A DNA stretch of 64,000 bases, from positions 47,873 through 111,872 of the forward strand of contig CAZPVO010000001.1 in NCBI GenBank assembly GCA_964590205.1, in the 5' to 3' direction. How positions within the stretch are numbered: position 1 is the stretch's first letter; every line of letters starts with the position of its first letter. Positions 51,366-61,616 of the stretch are shown here, in pieces. Under the pieces are notes generated by a model. The model made no database searches, was not told where the DNA came from, and saw only the letters and a list, made by a program, of their open reading frames with translations. The translations under genes and the position numbers were made by a program. The DNA is from an uncultured Candidatus Saccharibacteria bacterium (lineage in GTDB: Bacteria; Patescibacteriota; Saccharimonadia; Saccharimonadales; JAGQNJ01).

Positions 51366-53128
51366 TATTCCTCCAAAAAGCCGCCGGACTGGTGGGCCCA
51401 CAGCTTGGCATATGCACCTTTTTTGTCGAGCAATTCCTGGTGCGTGCCTTGCTCAATTATTGTACCTTTATCCATAACCACAATTCTATCCATTTGTCGC
51501 AAGGTAGACAAACGATGAGCGATAGCGATAACGGTCTTGTCGTGCCATAAATTCTCCAAGGCTTGTTGAACTAAGACTTCACTTTCACTATCCAGGGCAC
51601 TGGTGGCTTCATCCAAAATTAAGATTGGCTTGTCATCTAAGAAGGCACGAGCGATGGCGATTCGCTGCCGCTGGCCAGCTGATAGTTTTACGCCGCGTTC
51701 ACCAACAAGTGCTTCGTAGCCGTCTTTAATTTGGGCAATGAACTCGTCGGCATGAGCCTGCTTTGCTGCCTTTACGATATCCACTTGTGTGTAAGAGCGC
51801 TCAGTCGCGTAAGCAATGTTCTCAGAAATAGTACGATGAAACAGACTAGTGTCTTGCGGTACAAAGGAAATCAATTTGGAGATTTGCGCTGGAGTGCATT
51901 CTTTACCATCCAAACTAAATGGTTCGCTGCTAACGTTGTAATAATCCAGCAATATTTTGGTTAGGGTTGTTTTGCCACTTCCGCTTTTGCCAACAATACC
52001 AATTTTTTCGCCTTTTTTAATAGCAAGGTTAATACCAGAGAGCACAGTAACATCAACTTTATCTGGGTAGGCGAAGCTAAGATTTGAAAGGCTAAGATTT
52101 TCTTTGAACTCAACATTAGAACCATTTTCAGACTTTACACCTACCTCATTAAGTAGTTTTGGACCAAACAAGTAGTTGTGTGCTTCTTCAGCACGCGCCA
52201 TTTTAAGATTGAACTGCGAGATAAACCACAGTGCATCCCAAATTGTTGTGGTGAAGAGTAGAATTGCTGAAAGTAGCGTCGCAAACTGAGCAATATTAAG
52301 CTGGCCATGCAAGAACAAGTAAACGTTCAAAATAATTGTAGCTGGCCAAATAAAATCGCGTACAAAGAATGACATCGTCATCCAAAAAATAACATCAGCG
52401 TTGAAAGATTTGCCGGCACTTTTTATCATCCTATCTTGTTCTTGCTTTATGGTTTGAATTTCAGAGGCTTCTTTTTTGAATGATTTTACGTTTACAAAGT
52501 TGGCCATCGTGTCGACAATCTTGCCATTTTTGGTAGACTTCACATCGGCAACGATTCGCTCTTTGTCAAACGCGTTCCGCATGGCGTGACGGCCAACAAG
52601 AAGCATGCACAGCAAACCAGTAATAAAAATGGCGCCCGTCTGCCAATTGATTGCAGCTAAAATTACGATCAGCGCAATAATGCTGACAATTTGAGCAACA
52701 TAGTTGAAGAACACACTGTCAAGAAAGTCATGATACTCCTGAGAGATCGTATTAATGTAAGAAGAAAGCTTACCAGTGAACTTATCCACGAAGTATGGGT
52801 ATGGCTGACGGATAGTTTTTTCGAACAGGATATTTTCATACTGATAAGAGAGCGGCAGAATAAAACGTAAGTAAAGCTGTTCACTCAGTCGCCAGATCAA
52901 ATTATGCCCAGTACTCAACAGAATTAATACAATCGTAAATACAATGGCGCCATGGCGATTCACTGGATTTGCAGCGAGAGCACCGGTTAGTTTACCAATA
53001 AAAATAGGCATAAGAGCGAGCAGTGTATCTGAAATCAAAAAGCTAGATGCAACAATAGCTGCGCCGCGTTTATGTTTGAGTAAGTGCGCAATAAATGAAC
53101 GTAACGCTGGGTGACTCGATTTACTCAT
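51365..53128 (-). CDS. ABC exporter, fused permease-ATPase, second of three
   Basis: GKSGSGKTTL, LSAGQRQRIAIARA, ILDEATSALD. The ATG at 53128 (MSKSSHPALR) overlaps the upstream stop in ATGAGTAA. Confidence 0.9.
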   Translation of the reverse strand: MSKSSHPALRSFIAHLLKHKRGAAIVASSFLISDTLLALMPIFIGKLTGALAANPVNRHGAIVFTIVLILLSTGHNLIWRLSEQLYLRFILPLSYQYENILFEKTIRQPYPYFVDKFTGKLSSYINTISQEYHDFLDSVFFNYVAQIVSIIALIVILAAINWQTGAIFITGLLCMLLVGRHAMRNAFDKERIVADVKSTKNGKIVDTMANFVNVKSFKKEASEIQTIKQEQDRMIKSAGKSFNADVIFWMTMSFFVRDFIWPATIILNVYLFLHGQLNIAQFATLLSAILLFTTTIWDALWFISQFNLKMARAEEAHNYLFGPKLLNEVGVKSENGSNVEFKENLSLSNLSFAYPDKVDVTVLSGINLAIKKGEKIGIVGKSGSGKTTLTKILLDYYNVSSEPFSLDGKECTPAQISKLISFVPQDTSLFHRTISENIAYATERSYTQVDIVKAAKQAHADEFIAQIKDGYEALVGERGVKLSAGQRQRIAIARAFLDDKPILILDEATSALDSESEVLVQQALENLWHDKTVIAIAHRLSTLRQMDRIVVMDKGTIIEQGTHQELLDKKGAYAKLWAHQSGGFLEE

Positions 53129-54902
53129 CGATGAATCCTCCCGATTGATGAGCCCACAGTTTTGCGTACAAACCCTTTCGATTACGAAGTTGGTGATGAT
53201 CACCCTGCTCAACAATTTTGCCTTTGTCTAAAACAATAATGCGATCCATGTGTTGAATGGTACTGAGTCTGTGAGCAATAACAAGTGTGGTACGGCCTTC
53301 CATTAATTTCCAAAGGGCATCTTGAATTAGCTTTTCGCTGCCACTATCCAGGGCACTGGTTGCCTCATCAAGAACCAAAATCGGAGCGTCTTTAAGCATG
53401 GCGCGCGCAATTGCAACGCGCTGTCTCTGTCCACCAGAAAGCTTGATACCTCGCTCGCCAACCAAAGTGTTGTAGCCATCCGACAATTCTTTAATAAAAT
53501 CATGTGCATGAGCTAATTTGGCAACAGCTTCAATCTCAGCCTGAGTAGCCTCGGGTTTACCATAGCGAATGTTATCGGCAATTGAACGGTGGAACATCAG
53601 CGGATCTTGCGGCACATAGGCGATATGATTGCGTAAATCAGTTTGAGCAATATGAGCAATATCTTGACCGTCAATTTTGATTGAACCCTTTTGGATGTCC
53701 ACAAAACGCTGCAATAAACTGGTGATAGTTGTTTTACCGCCACCACTTGGTCCAACCAGCCCAATTTTTTCACCGCCTTTTATTTCAAAGTTTAAGTTTT
53801 TAAAAACTGGCGACAGGCTATCCTTATAGCTAAACGTAACATCATTAAAAGCAATAGATCCTTCCTGGATGGCTAGTTTGTCCGGATTATCAAGATCACG
53901 AATCTCGGGTTCAATATTTAAAATCTCAGCCATTTCAGATGCATCACCGAGTGCGCGGTTGATGTTGCGCATATTTCGGCGAGCTTCCCACAGGTGATTA
54001 ACAATTGTCATCGTGTAGCTAACTGCCAAATACAGCGCACCAGCTGGAGCCTTGAGAGTTGTAACCGCAAGCACACCTGTAGTGAAGGCCAAAATATTAA
54101 TCATAGCCGTACCAGAATGAGCAATCATATCGTTTTTTGCTGCGATATGAAAAAGATCAAAATACTTTTTACTGGTTGTGGAAGCTTGTTCGTGGAACAG
54201 ATCGGCCTCTTGCATTTCACCAGCGTAAGCTCTTACGGTTGAAACATTGGTAATATTGTCGGCAATCTTAGCTGTGCGATCACTTTCGCTTATGGCCAGT
54301 TTTCGGTCATACGGAAATTGCTTCTTCAGGCGATGATACATGACGAAGAAGTAAAGGAGACTGACAAGCAGTAGTGTAAATGCATAGAGAGGGTTAACAA
54401 TAAACAAAATAACAATCGAGGCAACGAAGCTTGTAAAATGCGGAACTATCGCCCACATAAAATCATCCATAATTCGCTCATAGCCGTTAATAAACTTATT
54501 TACTTGAGAAACTAGCGCTCCACCAAAGCGATTGGCATGAAAGGCGCTACTTTGATGCTGAATATGGTTAAAAACTTTCTCAACCATTCGCTGCATTGAG
54601 CGAACTTCAAAAGTCCAGGTTATGACGACTTGTGCACGCCAAATCAAAAAGCCGATAATGCTTAAGATAATGTAGCCAACAAGATAGGGCATAAAAATCT
54701 TAAAATCTAGTGGTTGATGGGTAGCGTAGAGTGCCTGCAAACGGTTAAAGGCTCGTGCCACAATAAGCTGAGGGATAACATTTTGAATAAGCACAGCAGA
54801 ACTAGCACCAAAAAGGCTGGTGATAAATAACTTCTTATCCGGCCGTGTAAATTGCCAAAACTGTCTAAGAATATCCTTATTGATATTGCTTTTCTTACTC
54901 AT
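53121..54902 (-). CDS. ABC exporter, fused permease-ATPase, first of three
   Basis: GPSGGGKTTI, LSGGQRQRVAIARA, VLDEATSALD. The C-terminus (YAKLWAHQSGGFIDE) is nearly identical to that of the second gene (YAKLWAHQSGGFLEE). Confidence 0.9.
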   Translation of the reverse strand: MSKKSNINKDILRQFWQFTRPDKKLFITSLFGASSAVLIQNVIPQLIVARAFNRLQALYATHQPLDFKIFMPYLVGYIILSIIGFLIWRAQVVITWTFEVRSMQRMVEKVFNHIQHQSSAFHANRFGGALVSQVNKFINGYERIMDDFMWAIVPHFTSFVASIVILFIVNPLYAFTLLLVSLLYFFVMYHRLKKQFPYDRKLAISESDRTAKIADNITNVSTVRAYAGEMQEADLFHEQASTTSKKYFDLFHIAAKNDMIAHSGTAMINILAFTTGVLAVTTLKAPAGALYLAVSYTMTIVNHLWEARRNMRNINRALGDASEMAEILNIEPEIRDLDNPDKLAIQEGSIAFNDVTFSYKDSLSPVFKNLNFEIKGGEKIGLVGPSGGGKTTITSLLQRFVDIQKGSIKIDGQDIAHIAQTDLRNHIAYVPQDPLMFHRSIADNIRYGKPEATQAEIEAVAKLAHAHDFIKELSDGYNTLVGERGIKLSGGQRQRVAIARAMLKDAPILVLDEATSALDSGSEKLIQDALWKLMEGRTTLVIAHRLSTIQHMDRIIVLDKGKIVEQGDHHQLRNRKGLYAKLWAHQSGGFIDE

Positions 54903-54976
54903 GTGCTTACCTGCGACTTTTTGTCGTCTTACTTATATAGTAAAGTGTTTTTGCTTATTTTGGTTTAAAAAGAGGA

Positions 54977-55036
54977 TTAAAGGCAGCTGTCGCTGATAGG
55001 AGCGATCGTCTTGCCGGTCGTTTTTGTAATTCTCAT
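54977..55036 (-). CDS. Candidate 19-aa leader or small-peptide ORF (MRITKTTGKTIAPISDSCL) upstream of the ABC genes
   Basis: AAGGAAAGGAG lies 8 nt upstream of the ATG, giving an SD as strong as those of most genes here. The ORF sits in a 218-nt spacer. Confidence 0.25.
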   Translation of the reverse strand: MRITKTTGKTIAPISDSCL

Positions 55037-55120
55037 GATGTTCGCTCCTTTCCTTTACTTTGACAATTCGAATATTGTACCACCTTTTGTCAACAGATAG
55101 CAAACGAGCAATACGTATAC

Positions 55121-55819
55121 TTAAAAATCGTGATACTGCCGAGTAACTTTCCAAACGTCGACACTTCTGCCTGTTTGCTTAGAAAGCACGCGATAAGAAA
55201 CTGTCACAGGAGCTTTCCCGCCAATTGGTACGAATGCTCGATAGTCAGTGACGCGATTGGCAGTTTTCCCATTGTCAGAAATCACGACAGTGCTACAGTT
55301 TCTCAAATATCCATAAGTACTAACTTGTCCCCACGGATCGTAAGGCTGATGACCAATTGTGTTTTGCTTGAAGGGAGCCTTGAGCAAGACATCAGTTGTC
55401 TCAGCACTCGCGGTAACAGGTTTGTAGTATATACAGAACTGCACATCCTTATGGGGCACACCCTTTGCGTTTTCGAACTGCAATTGCATATCAACTGAAA
55501 CATCGGCACCTGCTATTGTGTTACCGTCTCGGGGGTATACAAATTTAACTTGTTTGTTTTGACTTCCTAGGTTGTAATCGATATAAGGTGCTACTGTAGA
55601 GCCGCTCACACCAGTTACTTTTAGTTCCGAGTCGGCAGCTGTCCATGTTGCTACTGTGGTCGCTGCATAGCTTTTATATGCGAAATAGCCGGCTCCAACA
55701 ATTAAGAACACTGCCACGAAAACAAAAAACTTGGCTCGGCTATCGAGCGCTCGTAATGTACTAATTTGAAAAGATTTAGAAGGTTTCTTGGAAGTTGTTT
55801 GTTTCTTAGTTTTTGGCAT
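55121..55819 (-). CDS. Membrane-anchored or secreted hypothetical protein (232 aa)
   Basis: K-rich N-terminus, one TM segment (FFVFVAVFLIVGAGYFAY) and a beta-rich external part; no family recognised. Confidence 0.7.
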   Translation of the reverse strand: MPKTKKQTTSKKPSKSFQISTLRALDSRAKFFVFVAVFLIVGAGYFAYKSYAATTVATWTAADSELKVTGVSGSTVAPYIDYNLGSQNKQVKFVYPRDGNTIAGADVSVDMQLQFENAKGVPHKDVQFCIYYKPVTASAETTDVLLKAPFKQNTIGHQPYDPWGQVSTYGYLRNCSTVVISDNGKTANRVTDYRAFVPIGGKAPVTVSYRVLSKQTGRSVDVWKVTRQYHDF

Positions 55820-55894
55820 TATTGAACCTTTTTGTTTTAGAGATGTATTACTTTAATATATACTACAAAGCATAAGCTGAGTCAAAACAAAGAG

Positions 55895-56521
55895 ATGGCT
55901 GAAAATAACACACAAACTCACGAACTACGCAGGTTTTTGCTGCCTTCCTGGTTTAACATCGGTGCGTATACTCTTATGGCTGTCGTCGTACTAGTTACCG
56001 TGAATGCTCAAAAACTATGGAATGATTTATTCAATGGTGCACTGAAGAGTCAAGATGTCACTGCAGTTGATCCATCACAAATTGTTGAACAGTCTAAGTA
56101 CCAATCTGCTATCGGTACAATTTCGGTCTTATTATTTTGGGCGGCGGTAGCAAGCGCGGTCTATATGCTCATTTGGCTGACTCAGAATTCATTGAGCGAA
56201 GTAAAACGAGAGGTTGGTTCCCAACAAATTAGCGGTGACATGGTTAAGCGCAGGTATCTGGACTCAGTGTTGGCTCATTATGCGTTTTTTATAGCATTAA
56301 CTGCAGTAACACTAATCTCACTTTTCTTTACATTTTTGTATGTGTTGCCTGTTGTCGGCTCGGCTTTCTACGGTGTAAGTGTTAATCTTGGACAATTTAG
56401 TATAATGAATATTCTTCTTGGTTTGGGTTGCATATTTGTATTGATGGTTGTAATTCATGCGCTGAAATTATTGATGCAAATATACACGCGTTTCTGGCGT
56501 ATGTATATCAAGGCCCAATAA
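55895..56521 (+). CDS. Polytopic membrane protein of unknown function (208 aa)
   Basis: About four hydrophobic segments; no family recognised. Confidence 0.65.
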   Translation: MAENNTQTHELRRFLLPSWFNIGAYTLMAVVVLVTVNAQKLWNDLFNGALKSQDVTAVDPSQIVEQSKYQSAIGTISVLLFWAAVASAVYMLIWLTQNSLSEVKREVGSQQISGDMVKRRYLDSVLAHYAFFIALTAVTLISLFFTFLYVLPVVGSAFYGVSVNLGQFSIMNILLGLGCIFVLMVVIHALKLLMQIYTRFWRMYIKAQ

Positions 56522-56539
56522 TTGTTTTAATCTGTTATA

Positions 56540-57448
56540 ATGGCTGCGACAATGAAGAAAGTAATACTTTATTACAAGTTTGTGCCAGTAAGTGATCCTA
56601 ACATTACAATGCGCTGGCAAAAAGAGTTGTGCAGTCGACTTGGTTTGAAAGGTCGCGTGATAATCTCACCGCATGGCATTAACGGCACGCTTGGTGGCGA
56701 TATCGAGTCTTTGCGCGAATACAAGCGCGAAATGAACCGCTCACTCCTGTTCAAAGGCATTATGTACAAATGGAGTGATGGAATTGGCAAAGAATTTCCG
56801 CGCTTATCAGTTAAAGTTCGCTCTGAGCTCGTTACTTTCCATGCCGAAGATGAACTAAAAGTAGATGAAAACGGTGTTGTTGACGGCGGAAAACATCTTA
56901 AACCCGCCGCACTGCATAAATTAGTCAGCGAGCGGGGTGATGATGTGATATTTTTTGATGGCCGAAATTCTTATGAAGCGGCCGTCGGTAAGTTTAAAAA
57001 CGCTGTTGTGCCGGAAACGCAGAATACGCGTGACTTTAAAAAAGAGCTGGAAAGCGACAAATACAACGATATCAAAGACAAGCCAGTTGTCACGTACTGC
57101 ACTGGCGGTATTCGCTGCGAAGTGCTTAGCAGTATGATGAAAAAACGCGGGTTTAAAGAGGTGTATCAAATTGATGGCGGCATTGTAAAATACGGCGAAA
57201 AATATAAGGACGACGGACTATGGGAAGGCTCGCTCTACATTTTTGATGATCGCATGAGTCACAAATTTTCAGATAAATCTAAAGATATTGCCAACTGTAT
57301 TCACTGCGGTGCAAAAACCAGTAATTATGAAAACTGTGCCAATATTGCTTGTAATCGTTTAGTGTTATTATGTAAGCAGTGCGTGGAACAAAAAAGCTAT
57401 TGCAACGACCCCAGTTGCAAGTCAGCAAAAACTCTTGTAAAAAATTAA
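56540..57448 (+). CDS. trhO: Rhodanese-domain tRNA uridine(34) hydroxylase TrhO (UPF0176/YceA family)
   Basis: ILYYKF...GR.I....GINGT N-terminus, rhodanese loop YCTGGIRCE, and a C-terminal Cys-rich tail. Confidence 0.85.
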   Translation: MAATMKKVILYYKFVPVSDPNITMRWQKELCSRLGLKGRVIISPHGINGTLGGDIESLREYKREMNRSLLFKGIMYKWSDGIGKEFPRLSVKVRSELVTFHAEDELKVDENGVVDGGKHLKPAALHKLVSERGDDVIFFDGRNSYEAAVGKFKNAVVPETQNTRDFKKELESDKYNDIKDKPVVTYCTGGIRCEVLSSMMKKRGFKEVYQIDGGIVKYGEKYKDDGLWEGSLYIFDDRMSHKFSDKSKDIANCIHCGAKTSNYENCANIACNRLVLLCKQCVEQKSYCNDPSCKSAKTLVKN

Positions 57449-57470
57449 GAAAAGTGTTATAATACTCCCT

Positions 57471-58235
57471 ATGATCGAACTTAACCCAGAAGTTGATCCT
57501 CTAGACGTTCCAACAGATCCTAGCCCAACAATAGTGACGTTGGAAGATTTTGAAGTGCAGCAGGTTGCCGGCGATGTCCGCCCATCATCTAAAAGGCGAC
57601 ACAATGCCACGAAGCGTGCGTTTGCAAAGGTGGCTAAAGCGTCAGATAAGTATGAACTCGATGACGCTGCATTAGTGCTACAAGAGCACTTATCTAGTGA
57701 AGTCTTAAATGCTGAAACGGAAGAAGACTTTGAGTTTGTTGGTTCTGTAATCCAGCGCTTCATGAGCGAATGCCCAGATGTTCAACCAACCAATATTGCG
57801 GCAACTCCAAAAGCATTTATTGCAATAAGTGATAATGATACAGCGGCGAGTTATATTGAAATTATGCTCAGCGGGGATAATCCTTTTGATCACTGGGCTC
57901 CAATTATTGACTGGGATGCCTTAGTTGAGTTTGGTGGGGTTGATAAATTGCAGCCTGGTGACGCGCACAATAAAGATTTGCAACATATGAAGCAGTGGGC
58001 GTACAGATTAAATGATTATGGGATTGGTCAAGAAATAGCGCTGGCCCTAAAGCAAGTCGATGCTAACTTGTTTGAGTCAGAATTAAAAGAATTTAGCGCG
58101 GCTGACGCAGTTAGTGCATTACAAAAACAACGATGGATGCGAGGAATGGCTGAGCGCAAATGGCTAGAAGAAACCGCAGATCCGAATACCAATATGGTTG
58201 GTTATCCTTACATGGGACTTGGCAATTTTTCATAG
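57471..58235 (+). CDS. Hypothetical acidic protein (254 aa)
   Basis: Long ORF on the same strand as its neighbours, between trhO and uvrC; no family recognised. Confidence 0.6.
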   Translation: MIELNPEVDPLDVPTDPSPTIVTLEDFEVQQVAGDVRPSSKRRHNATKRAFAKVAKASDKYELDDAALVLQEHLSSEVLNAETEEDFEFVGSVIQRFMSECPDVQPTNIAATPKAFIAISDNDTAASYIEIMLSGDNPFDHWAPIIDWDALVEFGGVDKLQPGDAHNKDLQHMKQWAYRLNDYGIGQEIALALKQVDANLFESELKEFSAADAVSALQKQRWMRGMAERKWLEETADPNTNMVGYPYMGLGNFS

Positions 58236-58312
58236 CCAGACTTGCAATTCAAAGCGTAAACTAGAAAGACAGCCCGCAACTGGTGGGCGAAATATGGAAG
58301 ACCAGATGGATT

Positions 58313-59755
58313 ATGATGACACCCAGTGTTGAAAAGAAGCTAGCTGAGCTACCAAAGGAGCCGGGCGTTTATTTGTACAAAAACCGGGCGCGGCAGATTA
58401 TTTATGTGGGCAAGGCGGCCGTTTTGCGTAACCGCGTGCGACAGTATTTTCAAAAAAGTCGACCGCTTGATCCTAAAACCGAAGCACTGGTGGCCGAAAT
58501 TGCTGATGTCGATTGGATAACAGTCGAGACAGAGCTTGATGCACTGTTTTTAGAAGCTGAGCTAGTGCGGCGCTATCAGCCACGTTACAACATTTTACTT
58601 CGAGATGATAAAAGCACGGCTTACGTACGCATAAATTATTCTAGTGATCACCCGACTGTTACGATTACACGTCGACCGCTTGATGATGGCGCAAAATATT
58701 TTGGCCCGTACTTTAATGCCAATAGTGTAAAAAAAGCCTTGCATTATTTACGGCGGGCTTTTCCTTATTCCACACACACGGGCACGATCCCTCGCCGAGC
58801 ATGCTTACAATATCATCTGGGACTTTGCCCGGGGCTGGAGGAAAACAAAACTAGGCTGACTGACTATAGAATAAATCTCAAAAAATTAATCCAGTACTTA
58901 AAAGGTGAACGCGTAAAGCTACTCAAGCAAATTGAGAAAGAAATGAACCAGGCAGCCAAAAAATCACAATTTGAGCAGGCAGCAAAATTGCGCAATCAAC
59001 TTTTTGCGCTTAAAGGTCTGACTCGACAGATTGTGTTTAGTGACCGTGAATTTATGGATATTAGTAAGGACGAAGGCTTAGTTGGCTTGGCTGAACTGCT
59101 CGGGCTTGAAAAACCACCTCGTCGTATCGAAGGTTACGACATTTCGCACATGAGTGGCACGGACACTGTCGCCAGTATGGTGGTTTTTACAAACGGTCTG
59201 CCACACAAAGCTGAATACCGAAAATTCAAAATGCGTATCCCTGGTAATGATGATTTTGCGCACATGCGCGAGGCGATTTCTCGAAGGCTGAGTGAAAGCA
59301 ATGTCAAAGATTGGGGTTTACCTGATCTATTTTTGATTGACGGCGGTAAAGGACAGGTGAGCTCAGCATTATCTGCCATGCAAGATGCCGGATTTGGCAT
59401 TCCAATGATTGGCCTTGCCAAACGTGAGGAAGAAATTATCATTCCGGTTGCAGATGGCTTTAAAGTTGTAGCCTTACCACATAGTTCGCATGTGGTGAAG
59501 TTGCTGCAACGAATCCGCGATGAGTCGCATCGTTTTGCCGTGAGTTATCACACGGTGCTTAAAAGACAGCGCCAAACCAGTAGCATGCTTGATGATATTC
59601 CAACTATTGGGCCAATAACACGCAAAAAACTGCTCAAGACTTTTGGCTCAATGAAAGGCATTACACAAGCTCGTCAGCAAGATCTCGAGCAACTGCTTGG
59701 AACAAAAAAAGCTACAATTCTGCGCCAATACATTCGTGCTTATAAGAAGCAATAA
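58313..59755 (+). CDS. uvrC: Excinuclease ABC subunit C (compact, about 480 aa)
   Basis: GIY-YIG (PGVYLYKN...IIYVGKA), a UVR motif (FEQAAKLRNQLFAL), an RNase H-like endonuclease region, and C-terminal HhH motifs. The ATG at 58313 is preferred over the GTG at 58283. Confidence 0.9.
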   Translation: MMTPSVEKKLAELPKEPGVYLYKNRARQIIYVGKAAVLRNRVRQYFQKSRPLDPKTEALVAEIADVDWITVETELDALFLEAELVRRYQPRYNILLRDDKSTAYVRINYSSDHPTVTITRRPLDDGAKYFGPYFNANSVKKALHYLRRAFPYSTHTGTIPRRACLQYHLGLCPGLEENKTRLTDYRINLKKLIQYLKGERVKLLKQIEKEMNQAAKKSQFEQAAKLRNQLFALKGLTRQIVFSDREFMDISKDEGLVGLAELLGLEKPPRRIEGYDISHMSGTDTVASMVVFTNGLPHKAEYRKFKMRIPGNDDFAHMREAISRRLSESNVKDWGLPDLFLIDGGKGQVSSALSAMQDAGFGIPMIGLAKREEEIIIPVADGFKVVALPHSSHVVKLLQRIRDESHRFAVSYHTVLKRQRQTSSMLDDIPTIGPITRKKLLKTFGSMKGITQARQQDLEQLLGTKKATILRQYIRAYKKQ

Positions 59756-59774
59756 GTGGTATCATGAGTCGAAT

Positions 59775-61013
59775 ATGAGTCAGAATTTTCCGAGCACGTT
59801 TTTTAAGGGCAACCGTAAGTGGCTGCTCAAAAATGTGGAGACGAAATTAATTGTTATTACCGCTAATAACGAGTTGCAGCGCAGTGGTGACGGTAGTTTT
59901 CCCTTCCGACAGGATAGTAACTTTTGGTACTTAACAGGAATTGATGAACCGAATTTTATTTTGGTCATTACAGAGCGGGAAGAGTACCTCATTAAGCCTA
60001 ATCGGCACTGGGTGAAGGACATTTTTGACGGCGCCATAAGCGATAAAGACTTGGCAAAATCTTCTGGTATTAGTCAGATTTTGGAGAACCGCAAAGGTTG
60101 GCAAAAGCTCACCAAACAACTGAATGTGAATAAAAAAGTCAGTACCCTGTTTCCGATGCAAGATCGACATTTTAATATCACAGCAAATCCAGCACGCCGG
60201 CAACTTATTAATAAAATGCGCCGTCGCGTACCGGCGATGCACATGGATGATATTCGCTTAGTTATGGCTAGGCAACGTATGGTTAAGCAAGACCCAGAAT
60301 TAAAAGTAATTCAAAAATCTATTGATATTACTTGCGATTCGCTGTTAGAAGTTTTTAGTAAAAAGTGGCAAGGTGAGTATGTATTTGAATATGAACTCGA
60401 AGCTGATATTAATGCAGGCTTTCGGAAACGTGGTGCAGAAACAGTGGCCTTCCCTACAATTTTGGCTGTTGGTAAAGAAGCCTGCCAAATTCATCCCATG
60501 AAGAATGACAAAAAGCTAAAAACTGGTGAACTTTTATTGTTTGATCTTGGCGCAGAGTACTCAAACTATGGTGCTGACATTTCCCGCACGTTGCCAATTA
60601 ACGGCAAAATGTCGACTCGCCAAAAAGAAGTTTTTGACGGGGTTTACGAAGTTTATAGTTTTGCCCTCGATCAACTGAAGCCTGGTGTACTAATAAGAGA
60701 GTATGAACAGACGATTGAGGCTAAAATGGGCGAAGTACTAAAGCGACTCGGTGTTATCAAAAAACTCGACCGCAAGCATATTCGCAAACATTTCCCACAT
60801 GCCACGTCACATATGCTCGGTCTGGACACACACGATGCAGCTGATTATGCTCATCCCCTGGAGGAGAATATGGTTATGACCGTTGAGCCAGGTATTTATT
60901 TGCCGGGCGAAAACATTGGAGTTCGTATTGAAGATGACGTTGTTATTACTAAAACTGGCGTCAAGGTTTTAAGTGCCGACTTGCCGATCCGCCTCGGCCA
61001 GACTAAAATGTAG
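59775..61013 (+). CDS. pepP: Xaa-Pro aminopeptidase (M24B)
   Basis: Metal ligands in FDLGAEYSNYGADISR, HATSHMLGLDTHD, VMTVEPGIY and VRIEDDVVIT. The ATG at 59775 avoids overlap with uvrC. Confidence 0.85.
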   Translation: MSQNFPSTFFKGNRKWLLKNVETKLIVITANNELQRSGDGSFPFRQDSNFWYLTGIDEPNFILVITEREEYLIKPNRHWVKDIFDGAISDKDLAKSSGISQILENRKGWQKLTKQLNVNKKVSTLFPMQDRHFNITANPARRQLINKMRRRVPAMHMDDIRLVMARQRMVKQDPELKVIQKSIDITCDSLLEVFSKKWQGEYVFEYELEADINAGFRKRGAETVAFPTILAVGKEACQIHPMKNDKKLKTGELLLFDLGAEYSNYGADISRTLPINGKMSTRQKEVFDGVYEVYSFALDQLKPGVLIREYEQTIEAKMGEVLKRLGVIKKLDRKHIRKHFPHATSHMLGLDTHDAADYAHPLEENMVMTVEPGIYLPGENIGVRIEDDVVITKTGVKVLSADLPIRLGQTKM

Positions 61014-61028
61014 AGAAGCATTACAATT

Positions 61029-61403
61029 ATGAGAAATCCACTCGTTCGGTTTATTATTCGTGTTTTTGTCTGTGCTGGCGGCCTTTGGCTGGCGGCGGCT
61101 ATATTAGGTGCTAATCGTATTAGCTACAATGATCAACTCAGCGTTATTATTATTGGCGGTTTTATTCTGGCATTGATTAACACAATTATTAAGCCAATTG
61201 TAGTGATTTTCTCATTACCAGCCCTGTTATTTAGCTTGGGGCTGTTCATGATTGTCATTAACGGACTAATGCTTTTACTGGTAAGCTGGCTCTACGCTCC
61301 GCTAAAAATTAACAACTTTGGTGCTGCAATGGTTGCAGGGATGATAATCGGCCTGATAAACTATGTAGTAACCAGAGTGTTGGAGAAAGATGACGATATA
61401 TAA
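61029..61403 (+). CDS. Phage-holin-4_2 (YvlD-like) family small membrane protein
   Basis: Four-TMS pattern with the LINTIIKPIVVIFSLPALLFSLGLF motif typical of that family. Confidence 0.7.
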   Translation: MRNPLVRFIIRVFVCAGGLWLAAAILGANRISYNDQLSVIIIGGFILALINTIIKPIVVIFSLPALLFSLGLFMIVINGLMLLLVSWLYAPLKINNFGAAMVAGMIIGLINYVVTRVLEKDDDI

Positions 61404-61602
61404 CTACATTACAATTATTTCCGCAGTGTTAATGGCTCTGCTTATTTTGGTGCAAACTCGTGGCGCTTCATTAGGCGCTGGTTTTGGTGGGGGTACAGAA
61501 GTTAATACCGTGCGTCGAGGCTCCGACAAAACCATTTTCCAATTGACGGTTATTGTGGCATTCATATTCGCCACATCAATTATTCTTGGCATTGTTGCCT
61601 AG
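61390..61602 (+). CDS. secG: Preprotein translocase subunit SecG
   Basis: 70 aa with two TM helices separated by the glycine-rich GASLGAGFGGG loop. GGAG SD upstream. Overlaps the upstream gene by 14 nt. Confidence 0.8.
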   Translation: MTIYNYITIISAVLMALLILVQTRGASLGAGFGGGTEVNTVRRGSDKTIFQLTVIVAFIFATSIILGIVA

Positions 61603-61616
61603 ATTTTTATTACGAT

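Noticed and set aside
54933-55154. 73-aa minus-strand ORF upstream of the ABC genes
   Set aside because: It has an implausible composition (R/K/N/Q-rich with no SD) and overlaps the end of the 232-aa gene. The 19-codon ORF with a strong SD lies in a different frame.
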